Below, one piece after another: positions 30,774 to 41,190 of a stretch of DNA of 64,000 nucleotides. A program made the position numbers and the translations under genes. Each line of letters begins with the position of its first letter. Position 1 is the first letter of the stretch. The notes under the pieces are model-generated. The model ran no database searches and was not told where the DNA came from. It was given only the letters and a program-made list of their open reading frames with translations. This stretch comes from a virus (taxonomy: Duplodnaviria > Caudoviricetes): the IMG/VR virus record IMGVR_UViG_3300044641_005618; one strand, 5' to 3'.

Positions 30774-31364
30774 TCAGTCATTAAGATTGGATCGAAGCAT
30801 ATTGCAGAAAATACGACCTTGCTCGATGGCATCATCCACAGCGATGTGAGTGTGCTTGTTTTCGAGTGGAAACCACTCCTTTGGGTAGTTCCGTTTGGTG
30901 GACTCCCGGTATCCTCTTTTGAGCAAGGCCATAGCATAGGTCTTACCGTCAAGCGCCGAGAAGCTAAATGGGGACTGTCCAGTGAACCGAATAAGGTACC
31001 AATACACGAAAAGAAAGTCAAACCCTGCAGGAAAACCCACGAATACGGGCAAGGCTTTCCGACCACCTGAACCTTGGTTACTGTTAGCTTTCACGGTCTG
31101 GTCAACCCAACCCGAGAAGAGCAACATGGCTTGGTCCGGACTCCAGGTATGCTCCCGAGAGGCTCTGTAAGCCTCTGGGTGGGCCTCCCACCACGCTTGA
31201 GTGGTAGGGTCCGCCTGAGCCTCCGGAAGGGTCTCCAGGTTCACCGAGAAGGTGCTTAGGAGTATCCCATCGGGTGAGAACGCAGCCGACCCGAGCGAAA
31301 GCATGCTGTTAGGTCCGGGGATCGGTCCGTCGGTCTCAACGTCTGTGCTGAAGTAGATTTCCAT
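30774..31364 (-). CDS. DEDDh 3'-5' exonuclease (Rv2179c-like), leaderless start
   Basis: [22 protein letters not shown]. Confidence 0.85.
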   Translation of the reverse strand: MEIYFSTDVETDGPIPGPNSMLSLGSAAFSPDGILLSTFSVNLETLPEAQADPTTQAWWEAHPEAYRASREHTWSPDQAMLLFSGWVDQTVKANSNQGSGGRKALPVFVGFPAGFDFLFVYWYLIRFTGQSPFSFSALDGKTYAMALLKRGYRESTKRNYPKEWFPLENKHTHIAVDDAIEQGRIFCNMLRSNLND

Positions 31365-31370
31365 AAAACA

Positions 31371-31432
31371 ATCATAGCATTTATGCGAAGCAGAAACAAG
31401 GGGGAAGCCGAAGGCTTCAGGGCGGTTTACCG
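31371..31432 (-). promoter_or_regulatory. Repeated promoter element, leaderless
   Basis: CGGTAAACC-N13-CGGCTTCCC..TTGTTT-N17-TATGAT-N6-ATG. Confidence 0.8.
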
Positions 31433-32914
31433 ATCTTGTGTAAACACTTGTACGAGTTTCCACCCTTCGCCTGGATCATCCTTGAACAACTTCACCTCTT
31501 TCGTAACGTCGTTCTCGTACGGCGAGGAAAGCTGCCAATTAGAGTTTGAACAGTGTTCCAAGTTTCTTTCTTTTCTAAAGTCTAGCCATTCTTGAGAAGT
31601 CCACATACCTTGCCAAACACCTCTCCAATCTTTATGATCTTTGCCCCGTTCTTTCAGAGACTGAAGTGAAAACTTCATGAACTGTTTTCGGCATTCTTCG
31701 CACTCAAGATCGTCCAATCGGGTCATGTTCTCTCGTGAGTAGAAAACCAGAGAAACCCGCTCAGCATCTTCAGTAAGTTTTGTCATGGGGCTGTTACCAT
31801 GGAGCAAAGTTTGAGTATCCCCTACGATGAAGTCCCCGTCTCTTAAATTGAAGGCCAATCTCACTTCGGGAAACACTAAGTAGTGACCTTCATAAACACC
31901 TTTTGTAAAAGCAGTTAAGACGGCCATACTCCCTTTCAAATTGTTCTTGTCAACGTGGTAGGCAGTCTTGAAATTGAAATTTACGGTTACACTCGTAAAG
32001 GCAGTGCCGAACAAGTTGTAGTTAGGGTCTTTAGCCCTCGAAATCACTTCCTTGACTTTGACCCAAGTCTCCGGAAAATTGTACCTGAAACCTTCGCAGG
32101 CTGTGAAATAAATGTCTTTGTATTTTGAGAACTGCTCATAGTATCTCTGAGTGGTTCCGCTTAAACGACCGTAGGGGAATCTAGCCCCACGGTCAATTGC
32201 CCCAAGGACGTTACTGTAGCAGTGGTTAAAGTTCAACTGGGAACTTATGTAAGTGTTTAGAACTTTTTTAACTTCTTCGACTTTGTTTTCTGAGGGCAGC
32301 CAAACTTCTAGTAACCAAGATTCGAACCAACCCCAAAGCTGTTCTCTTCTCTGGTTTCTCAGACTTTCTAGTTTCGGGTCTTCGGAGTTCAGTGTGCGAA
32401 TTTCCGCCTCTAACGGTTTCATTTTCTCCGCAAGTTCGGGGTAGTCTTTCTTCACGTATTTGATTTTCAGAGTCTTGCTGGTGAGCTCATCCGAACTTTC
32501 TAGGGCTTCTCGCGCTTGAGCGAGCGTTGTGATCAAGCCCACGGAAGCACCAGCGAAAAAGGCAACCTGTCCTTTAGTTAAGCGTGATTCGGGGCGAGTT
32601 GTAAACTCTGTGCCCGCAACGACACCTCTTTGGGTGCCGTAAACTTCTTTTGAAGCTGCTCGGAAAAAGTCCCAAGTCTCCTTCTGTTTGGAAGAACCCT
32701 CGGAAAGAAGTGGGAAAAGAGCTTTCCGGAAGGACAAGACTTTTACACCTGAGACGTAAACATCACAGTCTTCATCGATTACGCGGTCATAGTCTGTCGC
32801 CTTAGGGAATTGTCCAATATATTCACTGCGAGGGCAGTATTCAAGAGCACCCCTATCAATCTGTAAGGGTTCGACCCTTGACTGTAACTCTTTTGATATT
32901 ACCTCTCGGATCAT
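31427..32914 (-). CDS. TET/JBP-family Fe(II)/2-oxoglutarate dioxygenase, paralogue 1
   Basis: [17 protein letters not shown] (HxD), LLHGN (distal His), [12 protein letters not shown]. Confidence 0.85.
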   Translation of the reverse strand: MIREVISKELQSRVEPLQIDRGALEYCPRSEYIGQFPKATDYDRVIDEDCDVYVSGVKVLSFRKALFPLLSEGSSKQKETWDFFRAASKEVYGTQRGVVAGTEFTTRPESRLTKGQVAFFAGASVGLITTLAQAREALESSDELTSKTLKIKYVKKDYPELAEKMKPLEAEIRTLNSEDPKLESLRNQRREQLWGWFESWLLEVWLPSENKVEEVKKVLNTYISSQLNFNHCYSNVLGAIDRGARFPYGRLSGTTQRYYEQFSKYKDIYFTACEGFRYNFPETWVKVKEVISRAKDPNYNLFGTAFTSVTVNFNFKTAYHVDKNNLKGSMAVLTAFTKGVYEGHYLVFPEVRLAFNLRDGDFIVGDTQTLLHGNSPMTKLTEDAERVSLVFYSRENMTRLDDLECEECRKQFMKFSLQSLKERGKDHKDWRGVWQGMWTSQEWLDFRKERNLEHCSNSNWQLSSPYENDVTKEVKLFKDDPGEGWKLVQVFTQDR

Positions 32915-33375
32915 TGCCTATTTCCAGGAAGAATCAAGTTAGACGCGGGCTCATCTTCGATGCGAATTGCTTCCTTGGCGGTCAGGTCATTGGTTCCTTC
33001 GATGCGAGTGAACGTTAGTCCGTACCCTTCACTCTCGGCTTGAGATGCAACGGAGTAGAGCCCGAGCGATCGTACAATAAGGTTACTCTCCGACAACTCC
33101 TCTTGTTCAGCAAGTGCTCGAAAAGCCTCAGCGAAGTTTACAGGGAGTTCCACTGTAATGGCGGTTGTTGCTTCACGGGGGTCACTAATCCCTGAGGCAA
33201 CTTGCCGCTCCTCGGCAATGTCTCTTGGGGAGTAGGTTATTCCCGCAGAGTTTGTTCGAGTGCGACCGAACATTTGTTCGTCTGTAAGGGGGGTTGTTGA
33301 TTCACGGGGGTCATTAATCCCCGAGGCAACTTGCCGCTCCGCGTAGCCACCGTTAAGCTGTTTGTTTGTGTCCAT
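32911..33375 (-). CDS. Chimeric protein: internal repeats, DUF6915-derived peptide, C-terminal ribbon-helix-helix
   Basis: RQVASGI(N/S)DPRE twice; EQMFGRTRTNSAGITYSPRDIAE; AITVELP...LSESNLIVRSL. Confidence 0.65.
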   Translation of the reverse strand: MDTNKQLNGGYAERQVASGINDPRESTTPLTDEQMFGRTRTNSAGITYSPRDIAEERQVASGISDPREATTAITVELPVNFAEAFRALAEQEELSESNLIVRSLGLYSVASQAESEGYGLTFTRIEGTNDLTAKEAIRIEDEPASNLILPGNRQ

Positions 33376-33430
33376 AGTTAGTAATCCTGTGTTTTCGTTC
33401 GTTAAATGCCACTTTGGTAGTCTTTAGGAC

Positions 33431-34918
33431 TCAATTCTCGGTGCCCCGATAGTTAGTATTTGAGCAACGTTCTAAGCCGTGTTCGGCTTTATACGTCATC
33501 CATTCCGGTGATTTCCACATTCCGCTCCAAACACCATTCCAGGTCTTGTGACCATTTCCGTATTCCTTGTGGTTGTCTGCCGCGTATCGCATGAAATCTC
33601 GGCGGCAGTCCTCGCACTCCATATCGTCAAGAGCGGTCATGCGCTCTCGTGAATAGAAAACGAACGAAACTCGTTCAGCGTCCGGCGTCTTCGGAATCAT
33701 TGCAGTGTTACCGTGAATCAGTCCCTGATTGTCACCGGCAATAAAGTCCCCATCACGAAGGTCGAAAGCGCAACGAATTTCAGGGAACACAAGGTAATGG
33801 CCGTCATATTCCCCTTGAGTAATTGCAGTAAGAACGGCAATACCACCTTCGCAGTTATTTCCATCATAGTGCATCGCACAGCGGAAGTTCCAGTTTAACG
33901 TAAGGGCAGTGAACACCGTACCGAAGAGGTTATAGTGCGGGTCTTTCACGTTACTGAACCGTTCGTGAAGGAGGTCCCACCGAGGGTTTTCCGGAGTGTT
34001 CAAGGTCTCTTTGAGCGCAGAGCACGCGGTCTGATAAATATCCGTGTGGCTTACGAACCCCTCATAGTCTTTTACAGTTGTTGCGGTCAAACGACCGTAA
34101 GGGTTACGTGCACCCCTATCAAAAGCACCAATCACGTTGGAATAGCACTTGTTTGAACGGTATTGTTTTCCCACATACCTGTCGTCGGCACGTTTCGCCT
34201 CAGAAACCTTATCCGTAGATGCACTCCAAGTCTCAGACAGCCAAGTCGGGAACCACTTCGCAAGTTCTCTACCCTTCGCTTCCTTCAGCTCTACCTTTCT
34301 TTCTTCGCTCAGCGTTTTCTTGCGAAGTTCCTTCTCGATAGATTCTAAAGCTTTCTCAATTTCTGGGAAGTCCTTTTTAACATCATTCACTCGGACAGTG
34401 AGCTTTGACATGTCGGGGGAGAGAGAAGCAATTTTCAGTGCCTCTTCCACGTCAGTGACTTGACCGGCCATCGCCTTCTTGAAGAAGTTTAGAATACCGT
34501 TGGTTACCCTTATCTCGAGTTGGGTAGTTAGTTCTCTACCAGCAACTAGGCCTCGTTGGTCTGAGTACAAGTCTCTTGCTGCCCAGCGGAAGTATTTCCA
34601 AGTTTCCGGGCTACCTTTCGAACCATCGCGCAGCTTCGGAAAAAGTGCCTTACGAAAGGCAACAACTTTCACTCCGCCCACATAAACGTCGCAGTCTTCT
34701 TGAATAAGGTTGTCGTAAGAGGTTTCGTCGGCGAAATAGCCAATGTAGTCTTTCGGGTCACACTCGTATAGCTTGTCGAGGTCGATTCGGCGGGGCTCTT
34801 GGCGAGAGCGTAAATCACAGACAACGGCTTCACTTACAGAACAGTTATCGTTGCATTTTTCATTTCCGGTTGAAGCGGCTTTAGAACTCTTCGTTAAGTT
34901 TTCTGTCACAAATGTCAT
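33431..34918 (-). CDS. TET/JBP-family dioxygenase, paralogue 2
   Basis: FTALTLNWNFRCAMHYD, LIHGN, RVSFVFYSRERM; colinear with paralogue 1. Confidence 0.85.
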   Translation of the reverse strand: MTFVTENLTKSSKAASTGNEKCNDNCSVSEAVVCDLRSRQEPRRIDLDKLYECDPKDYIGYFADETSYDNLIQEDCDVYVGGVKVVAFRKALFPKLRDGSKGSPETWKYFRWAARDLYSDQRGLVAGRELTTQLEIRVTNGILNFFKKAMAGQVTDVEEALKIASLSPDMSKLTVRVNDVKKDFPEIEKALESIEKELRKKTLSEERKVELKEAKGRELAKWFPTWLSETWSASTDKVSEAKRADDRYVGKQYRSNKCYSNVIGAFDRGARNPYGRLTATTVKDYEGFVSHTDIYQTACSALKETLNTPENPRWDLLHERFSNVKDPHYNLFGTVFTALTLNWNFRCAMHYDGNNCEGGIAVLTAITQGEYDGHYLVFPEIRCAFDLRDGDFIAGDNQGLIHGNTAMIPKTPDAERVSFVFYSRERMTALDDMECEDCRRDFMRYAADNHKEYGNGHKTWNGVWSGMWKSPEWMTYKAEHGLERCSNTNYRGTEN

Positions 34919-35036
34919 CTTTGGTTGATCGGGAGGAATTATTACCCAACGATGTTAACTGGCTCTTTTTCTTGCGACTAAACAAAAGAGTTGACCCTAG
35001 TAAAAGGTGTCACTAATTAACATCAATCACACACTC

Positions 35037-35378
35037 TTAAAGAGTATTGGTTGGTGTCTCGGGCAAGGTTGAAATAACGGTTAACAGCAGCTTGTATGAA
35101 CTTTTCTCCCTGTCCTCGAGGGGCACAAGTTCGTTTAGAGCAAGCAAGGAAAGCTGCTTGAGTGTTGGGCCAGATGGCGAACCAAACTGTCGTACTAGCT
35201 TAGCGGGAAGACTCGGCCCGTAACCTTTTGCACCTGCTTGTTCTTTCCTGTCAAACTCCTGTGCAATTTCCTTGACTACCCACTCTGCCACCTCTTGCAC
35301 AAAAAGTTCGGTTTTAGACTGGTCTTCACAGAAGTAACGTTCTCCCCATTCGTTCAATTGTTCTTGTTTAGGTCTCAT
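35037..35378 (-). CDS. Hypothetical protein
   Basis: 113-aa ORF. Confidence 0.55.
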   Translation of the reverse strand: MRPKQEQLNEWGERYFCEDQSKTELFVQEVAEWVVKEIAQEFDRKEQAGAKGYGPSLPAKLVRQFGSPSGPTLKQLSLLALNELVPLEDREKSSYKLLLTVISTLPETPTNTL

Positions 35379-35399
35379 AGTACATGTTTCGGTTGAAAT

Positions 35400-35420
35400 A
35401 AAAAGAGACCCGAAGGTCTC
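35400..35420 (-). terminator. Rho-independent terminator
   Basis: GAGACC-TTCG-GGTCTC followed by TTTTT. Confidence 0.85.
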
Positions 35421-36024
35421 ACTGAAAGTACTCGAATTTTTGTGAGAATGCGGCCCTCATCACAGACTGCATGTTGCGAGCGATATCGAGGTCTTTGCTG
35501 CAATGAACTTTGTCTCCCAGAAGCTCTGGTAAAACAAACGGATAACTCTGTGTAATCTCCTCTTCGTAGAAGTGAATGCGGTGCTTAACTCTAGTTCTTT
35601 CACAAAGTTCGTTGATTCTCTTTGCCTCCTTCACGAAGTTTTCACCGTGGCCTTTAATCCCGTCGTCTCGGCGCTCAAGATCAAGATACTTGTGAAGCAT
35701 CTCGTGCAGAAGGACGCTTCGTGTTTTTACAGGGTCACCTGCAATTACGCGAGAGAGGCGAATGGTTCCGAACCCACGTCGTGCAGACGTTTTGTATGAG
35801 CCCAGGTTTCTGCGACCCATGCGACCATCCCACTTTAGGGTGTAGTATCGCGACCAAGTTTCTCCGTTTTCGTCAGTCCGAGTCTTACAGGGAAGAACTG
35901 GTAAGTCCCCGTTGAAGTAGCGGGCGTTAAATTCTGCGTAAATCTCTCCAAGATCGTACATCACCGTGGGGTCTGGGCAGAACCGGCGAAAGAACGACTC
36001 AGAAAGGGTCGATTTTAGTTCCAT
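35419..36024 (-). CDS. SprT-like zinc metalloprotease, leaderless start
   Basis: FNARYFNGDL, LLHEMLH, GHGENF. Confidence 0.85.
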   Translation of the reverse strand: MELKSTLSESFFRRFCPDPTVMYDLGEIYAEFNARYFNGDLPVLPCKTRTDENGETWSRYYTLKWDGRMGRRNLGSYKTSARRGFGTIRLSRVIAGDPVKTRSVLLHEMLHKYLDLERRDDGIKGHGENFVKEAKRINELCERTRVKHRIHFYEEEITQSYPFVLPELLGDKVHCSKDLDIARNMQSVMRAAFSQKFEYFQ

Positions 36025-36030
36025 ACACCT

Positions 36031-36094
36031 ACTATAGCGTCTTACGATTGAAAAGGCAAGCGGGGAAACCGTCCTCGAAAGGTTTGGTTAACCG
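36031..36094 (-). promoter_or_regulatory. Repeated promoter element, leaderless
   Basis: CGGTTAACC-N14-CGGTTTCCC..TTGCCT-N17-TATAGT-N6-ATG. Confidence 0.8.
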
Positions 36095-36134
36095 TCGCTT
36101 GCCCGGTGAAAGTGCTGCTAGAGACTAACAGATC

Positions 36135-36677
36135 TCAGTTAGCTTTGTAGCTGTACGTGAGCTTTGCTTGGTGCTTACCGTAATTCTGTTTTTTCGCAGA
36201 CCAGGACACGGCCAAGTTCTCCCTGGTCACTTTCTTCCCACCTCGGTCTTCAAGGGGGAAGTCAAAGACGTCAACAGTGTTTCGCTGAGGATTGACAGCA
36301 ACGAGCAAGACTGAGTCTGGCTTATCCGCTTCAGTTGCGAAGTTGATGGGGCTTATCTCAGCAGAGTTCGCACAAGCGACCAGTGCGTTATTAGCCCTCC
36401 GTAAAATTACACGAGTGAACACTCGCAGCCTTTTACCGTTGTCCGTAACAACGTCCACGTACTTTCCATCCGTTTCGTCAGCAGTTCGGCCCCGAAAGAC
36501 CTCACGCACGAGGTCTCGCCCCAGCCAACGAGTATCGAGTGCTACATCCCCCGGTAGCTGCTGAACAGACCCGTCGGGTCGGTAGCTTGTTAGGGGTGCA
36601 GTCAGGAGTCGCGTGGCACGAAGGAGAATTTGTCCAGCGTGCTGCTTATCAAGGGGCTGAGCAGTTTGGGTAAGCAT
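36135..36677 (-). CDS. Hypothetical protein
   Basis: 180-aa ORF behind a promoter element. Confidence 0.65.
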   Translation of the reverse strand: MLTQTAQPLDKQHAGQILLRATRLLTAPLTSYRPDGSVQQLPGDVALDTRWLGRDLVREVFRGRTADETDGKYVDVVTDNGKRLRVFTRVILRRANNALVACANSAEISPINFATEADKPDSVLLVAVNPQRNTVDVFDFPLEDRGGKKVTRENLAVSWSAKKQNYGKHQAKLTYSYKAN

Positions 36678-36701
36678 TTTCGTTGTCGGATTGACTCTTT
36701 A

Positions 36702-36763
36702 ACTATACCGTTTCTGTGGAGCAGAGCAAAGGGGGGTAAACCGCCCTAAGGTAAGGTTAACCG
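36702..36763 (-). promoter_or_regulatory. Repeated promoter element
   Basis: CGGTTAACC-N11-CGGTTTACC..TTTGCT-N17-TATAGT. Confidence 0.8.
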
Positions 36764-36781
36764 TTCAACCCCTTCACCAAG

Positions 36782-37231
36782 TCAGTCATGTTCAGCGTAG
36801 CCTACGCTGAAACCCTCCCGAGTCGCAACTATGACGTTGTCAGAACCAAACATGATCTCCATGATAGGCTCCATGACACTTGATGTGAGTAGCTTCGCCA
36901 GGGATTGTGTGGACTCAACGTTCACGCCGTCGAACTCAGGGTCTTGATCTGACCACACACCCTCCTTCTCACCGTCGTACTCCCCCCAGCGTGACAAGTC
37001 GTCAAGATCGTCTCCTTCGGCGTTCGTGAAGTACGGGTCATGCACACTAAACGTACAAGGTTCCCCATCGTTGAAGTACGGGGCGTATTGAGACCAGTGT
37101 ATGGCCTTAATTGCAGGGTTCTTTTCCCAGAACTCAGCAAAGTACTCTTTTAGCCTCTCCTGTGCGACCTTTTGGAATCTCTCTTGTTGCTCTGTAAACT
37201 CTTGAATAAGTAAGTCGAGGGATTGTGACAT
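36782..37231 (-). CDS. Conserved phage hypothetical protein
   Basis: WSQYAPYFNDGEPCTFSV motif. Confidence 0.7.
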   Translation of the reverse strand: MSQSLDLLIQEFTEQQERFQKVAQERLKEYFAEFWEKNPAIKAIHWSQYAPYFNDGEPCTFSVHDPYFTNAEGDDLDDLSRWGEYDGEKEGVWSDQDPEFDGVNVESTQSLAKLLTSSVMEPIMEIMFGSDNVIVATREGFSVGYAEHD

Positions 37232-37234
37232 GGT

Positions 37235-37597
37235 TTAGTCTCCGATTGGAATGAATTTGGTTTGTTTGTTGGGTGACTTGTTAGTGCCAGACATCCACGG
37301 TTGTGCAACCATGTTGTTTAAGTACTTTTCGACAGTGGGAATGAACCCGAGGTCTTGAATAATGTGATCTTCGGCGATGTCTCGGGGAGAGTAAGTTATT
37401 CCAGCAGAGTTTGTGCGTGTGCGACCGAACATCTGCTCAACGACAAAACACCCGAACGACGAGTGCAGCAATGCCCGGTGACGAATGTCGGGAAAGGCAA
37501 TCTTGCTACTGTCAATAAAGTCGTCTATATCAGCGTAGTCGTCGGGTGAGCCTCCGTACTTTCTGGCATGTATCCTCCCGTGTAGAAAAGGTTTCAT
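37235..37597 (-). CDS. DUF6915-like protein
   Basis: KP..H..HARKYGG..DDY..IDDFIDSSK..DIRHRALLHSSFG. Confidence 0.7.
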   Translation of the reverse strand: MKPFLHGRIHARKYGGSPDDYADIDDFIDSSKIAFPDIRHRALLHSSFGCFVVEQMFGRTRTNSAGITYSPRDIAEDHIIQDLGFIPTVEKYLNNMVAQPWMSGTNKSPNKQTKFIPIGD

Positions 37598-37613
37598 ATC
37601 AAATGTGGAAGTT

Positions 37614-38417
37614 TTAACAAAGTTTTTCGTCAGTCTTGCAAGATCGTGGCTGACTCCATGAGGTCTCCCGCTCAAGCCGAACTTTGTAGGTTTCTTTAGA
37701 AGTGTCGTACCAAAACTCGGGATCTTTTACTCGGCACGGTGGCACATTCGTGAAGTTCTCCTCACGTGGTAAAAGCTTGGACACTTGTCGTATGCATTCC
37801 TGAGTAATCTCGTCAACCGTTTGACACCCGTCGATTGTAACCACGGGGTAACATTTCAGTCCCAGTTGTTCGTTGGGCTTATGAAATCCTGTAAGTATGC
37901 GGTCGAAAAAAGGTCGTTCTGACCGCTCAAATCTGTCTCGGACAGACAGCCCTTCGCCTTCTCGCCTTGAGAGCCGTCTCATTGACTCATCGACGGGAAC
38001 GTCAAAAAACAGTTCTAAGTCGGGGTACAATACTCCGCAGGCAAGTTCGTGGGCTTTCTCTACCGCTTCAGGTCCCAAACCTCTTCCCCACCCTTGATAG
38101 GCTAGGGTACTCGCGTAAAATCGGTCGCATAACACCCAGTTGCCCTTTTCTAGCTCCGGCATTATTACTGTTGCAACGTGCTGAGCCCGGTCGGCCATGA
38201 GCAGTAAAAGTTCGGCTTTCGGTGTGATCGCAGCCTTAGGGTTCTTAAGCAAGTCTCGCACACCGGGTAAACATCCTGGTTCTCGAGTTTTAACAACCTT
38301 GGTCCCTTCGGGTAGTCTCCCACTACGTGATAGCCAGTCAAACACAGCGTGGAGCTGGGTTGTTTTTCCGCAGCCGTCAAGACCTTCAAAGGTTATTAAC
38401 TGTCCTGTGTAACTCAT
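37614..38417 (-). CDS. tmk: Thymidylate kinase
   Basis: ITFEGLDGCGKTTQ, TREPG, ADRAQH, LCDRFYASTLAYQG, PDL. Confidence 0.92.
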   Translation of the reverse strand: MSYTGQLITFEGLDGCGKTTQLHAVFDWLSRSGRLPEGTKVVKTREPGCLPGVRDLLKNPKAAITPKAELLLLMADRAQHVATVIMPELEKGNWVLCDRFYASTLAYQGWGRGLGPEAVEKAHELACGVLYPDLELFFDVPVDESMRRLSRREGEGLSVRDRFERSERPFFDRILTGFHKPNEQLGLKCYPVVTIDGCQTVDEITQECIRQVSKLLPREENFTNVPPCRVKDPEFWYDTSKETYKVRLERETSWSQPRSCKTDEKLC

Positions 38418-38585
38418 AGCGAAATAGTTCGAATATAGTTTTGGTAACGGGTGAAGCGACCAACAGACGCTTTCACGTTTAAGCTCCGACAAGCTTCACA
38501 GTAGGAGAGAAACTCGTACCACGGGGTCGTGGGGTCTAAAGTCTCGAGCTTGGCCTCTGCCCCTGTGACAGAAGCGTCAGGGGCT

Positions 38586-39347
38586 TTAGTCATGTCTCAG
38601 CCACGGAGGCGCCCTGAAAAAGTTTGCAAGATCGTCTGGGGATTGGGGTCCAACTAAATGAGAGGAAGGATCCGCAAAGCCGAGGTTCATCCCGTCGATA
38701 AGTTCGTCGAGAGACCCCGGCTCAGGCTCCCCCGAGATTGCCCTCCGACGTGCTTTCTGAAGGATCTCGTAGGCGTGGCGATTGTGGTCTGACCATTTCT
38801 GAATAAGGGAAATCTCCTCAAAGGAAACCTCATCGTTTCTTGAGATTCGGTCTGCAATGGTTTGTAGTTGAAGTCGTGTGCCAGTAGATAACATTTGACC
38901 GGGGGATTGTGGGACTCAGAGGTCGAAGGACGCCAGGGAATGTGCTAAACAGATTTCGTCTGATGCTTGCTTGCATTGCTCGGCGTAGTCAATTAACACC
39001 TGGGCGTAGTCGGCTCTGCCGATGTCGTCCACTCGGTCAATGTCACGTTCGAAAGACGCTTGCTTCTCCTTGAGAAGGTCATTGATGAGCAACCAAGTTT
39101 CACGAGGCAGGGAAACGGAAATAACAGGATCAATTCTCATGGTTGTTGTTTGGTGTTTTGAGTAGTTGTTTGGCACCGTGGGCGCACCACGAAGTTGCTC
39201 TACCATAAAGTTTGCAACAAGCTCCTGTCGCTCAGGTACGACGTTTGGCAGGTGGAAGCTCATTTCGGCCATGGTAGCCATTATGTCTCTTCTTTTCCTA
39301 GGGGGGTGGTGCGAGTGTGTATGAATCATTGCATAACCTGAACACAA
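38586..39347 (-). other. Two hypothetical CDS (38586-38894, 38916-39347)
   Basis: ORF track. Confidence 0.55.
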
Positions 39348-39727
39348 GGAATCCCAAGTTCTCTCACAACTTTACAGTTGTCTTGGTTGTCGTCGTACCA
39401 AAGCGAAGGACGTCCGAAATCTTCAATAATTGCGAGAGCTTGCTCGGTCTTAACGTAGTGGTCGGGGCGATCGTCCCCGTCCTCTCTCATGTATAAGGCG
39501 TCGAACTTAACACCCACACTTTGTAGCCAGTTTTCTGAGTCGGCTCGAAGACGATTTGGGCGAGCAGTGGATATCACGATTGAAACCCCGGAGTCAGCCA
39601 GCAATGTCGCAAGTTGAACGAGTGGCAAATTGGCTCGAAGCGTTGCAACATTATCTTCGTAATACCACTCACTCGTAAGTGTCATATCAATGTCAAACAC
39701 TACTAAGGGGTTATTTTTAGGTGTCAC
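39326..39727 (-). CDS. HAD phosphatase, T4 PNK 3'-phosphatase-like
   Basis: FDIDMTL, STARP, LYMREDGDDRPD..VK, YDDN. Confidence 0.8.
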   Translation of the reverse strand: MTPKNNPLVVFDIDMTLTSEWYYEDNVATLRANLPLVQLATLLADSGVSIVISTARPNRLRADSENWLQSVGVKFDALYMREDGDDRPDHYVKTEQALAIIEDFGRPSLWYDDNQDNCKVVRELGIPCVQVMQ

Positions 39728-41102
39728 GACACAAGGGCAATATAAATACTGTCTAGTTTTTGAAGCAATATGTTCATTTTCGCTGCCTCGCTCACAGCCA
39801 AATCAAGCTGTCCACGTGTCACATAAGTTGCAATAACCTGACTCGCTTGTGCCCTGAAGGTGGAGGAAAAGGCTTCGGCACACTGAGCTAAAACGAGCCA
39901 GTCTGAGTTGGGGAGACTCACCGAACGGTGAATTTCTTCACCTTCACACTGTGTAAAGACCTGTGTAATCGCGGAAGTATGGCTCATGGGTTAGGATTGG
40001 GGTTTTTTGGCCATTTCAAGCTGAGCCTTGTAGAGTGCCACCCTCTTCTGGGTACCCTTCTTAACAAGGTTCAGATGGTTGAGTGTTCGAGTGGGGTTTG
40101 TTGGTTTCATTGGGTATGGTGTCGCCTCTTGTGAAGTTGGTTTAGGAAGAGAAAGCCCCCTATCTTAGTGAAAACCTCGATTGGTTGCCACCTTAGGTAC
40201 GAAGAGGTAAGATACCACTTTCCTTCGGCATTTTTGTAAACTTTCCCCACGAGTACATCCGTAGTGGGGCACTTGTAGGTTACGAACGATGGGAAGTTAA
40301 ACCCAACTCGAAGGGGTGACTTGTACGGGGCAGGTTTATCGTACACGGTTGACCTCCTCCCAGTAGTCTGATCGTGGTTTGCTGGTTTTCGTCACAACTC
40401 GGACTTGGACCGTAGCTCTTCGCTTTCTAAGCATTTCAGCCAGGGTGGCCCTAAGTTTAGGGTCCGTGGTGGTATTATAGGCTTGTTCGAGTCTCTCGTA
40501 AACTGCGGCCCGGTTAGGGATCTGCAGGTTTTCCTTGTTCAGCACCTCAGAGCTGAGGTCCAGGGTTCCTAGTTTACCTTGGATTTTGTTCCTTCCGAAG
40601 TTCCCCGAGACTCTGCCGTTCGTTCGCAGTTTCGGCTTAATTTTGCTTAAGTTGCTGTTTTCCATGTCCTACACATGCTACACAGAAAGGTTGCGAGAAG
40701 CTTCGCATGAGTACTGGAAAGCCAAGTCCATGAGGTAGTCCTCTACTTGCCTGAGCTTTTCAAGAGCCGCTTCCCGTTCCTCGCAGAATAACTCCCATGC
40801 TTCCTCATCCCTAGTACCGCGAGAGGGGCAGTTCGCTTGGATAAGTTTCTTTCGGGCATCGTGAACAGACGCCCAAACCCCGTTGTACTCAGACGCAAGG
40901 GCAGAAGCATTAGTTTCACTCTTCTCAGTGGCAGGGGTGCAGGTCATTGCTTTGCTTGTGGGTGGGACTGAGGAGTCAACTTTTGAAGGAGGCAGGCGCG
41001 GCGAGCTCTCGCTTGGCGAAGGGCTTGGGGCTTGGCCCTGCCTTTTCGTTTTCGGCCCTTTTGGCGGGGTCCAAGTTTGGAGCGGACTGAGTCGTTTTCC
41101 AT
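39724..41102 (-). other. Run of small CDS including basic proteins 40336-40665 and 40944-41102 (leaderless)
   Basis: ORF track; MENDSVRSK start lies 6 nt after TATAGT. Confidence 0.55.
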
Positions 41103-41108
41103 ACATTT

Positions 41109-41172
41109 ACTATACCGTTTCTGCGAGGCAGAAACAAAGGGTGGAAACCGCCCCATGAAGGAGGGTTAACCG
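41109..41172 (-). promoter_or_regulatory. Repeated promoter element, leaderless
   Basis: CGGTTAACC-N13-CGGTTTCCA..TTGTTT-N17-TATAGT-N6-ATG; spacer GTTTCTGC-CTC-GCAGAAAC. Confidence 0.8.
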
Positions 41173-41190
41173 CCCACTCTCCCACAAGGA

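Noticed and set aside
40678-41106. The 142-aa ORF as annotated
   Set aside because: Better explained as two genes: leaderless MENDSV... (41102-40944) and MTCTP..., whose ATG overlaps the first gene's TGA
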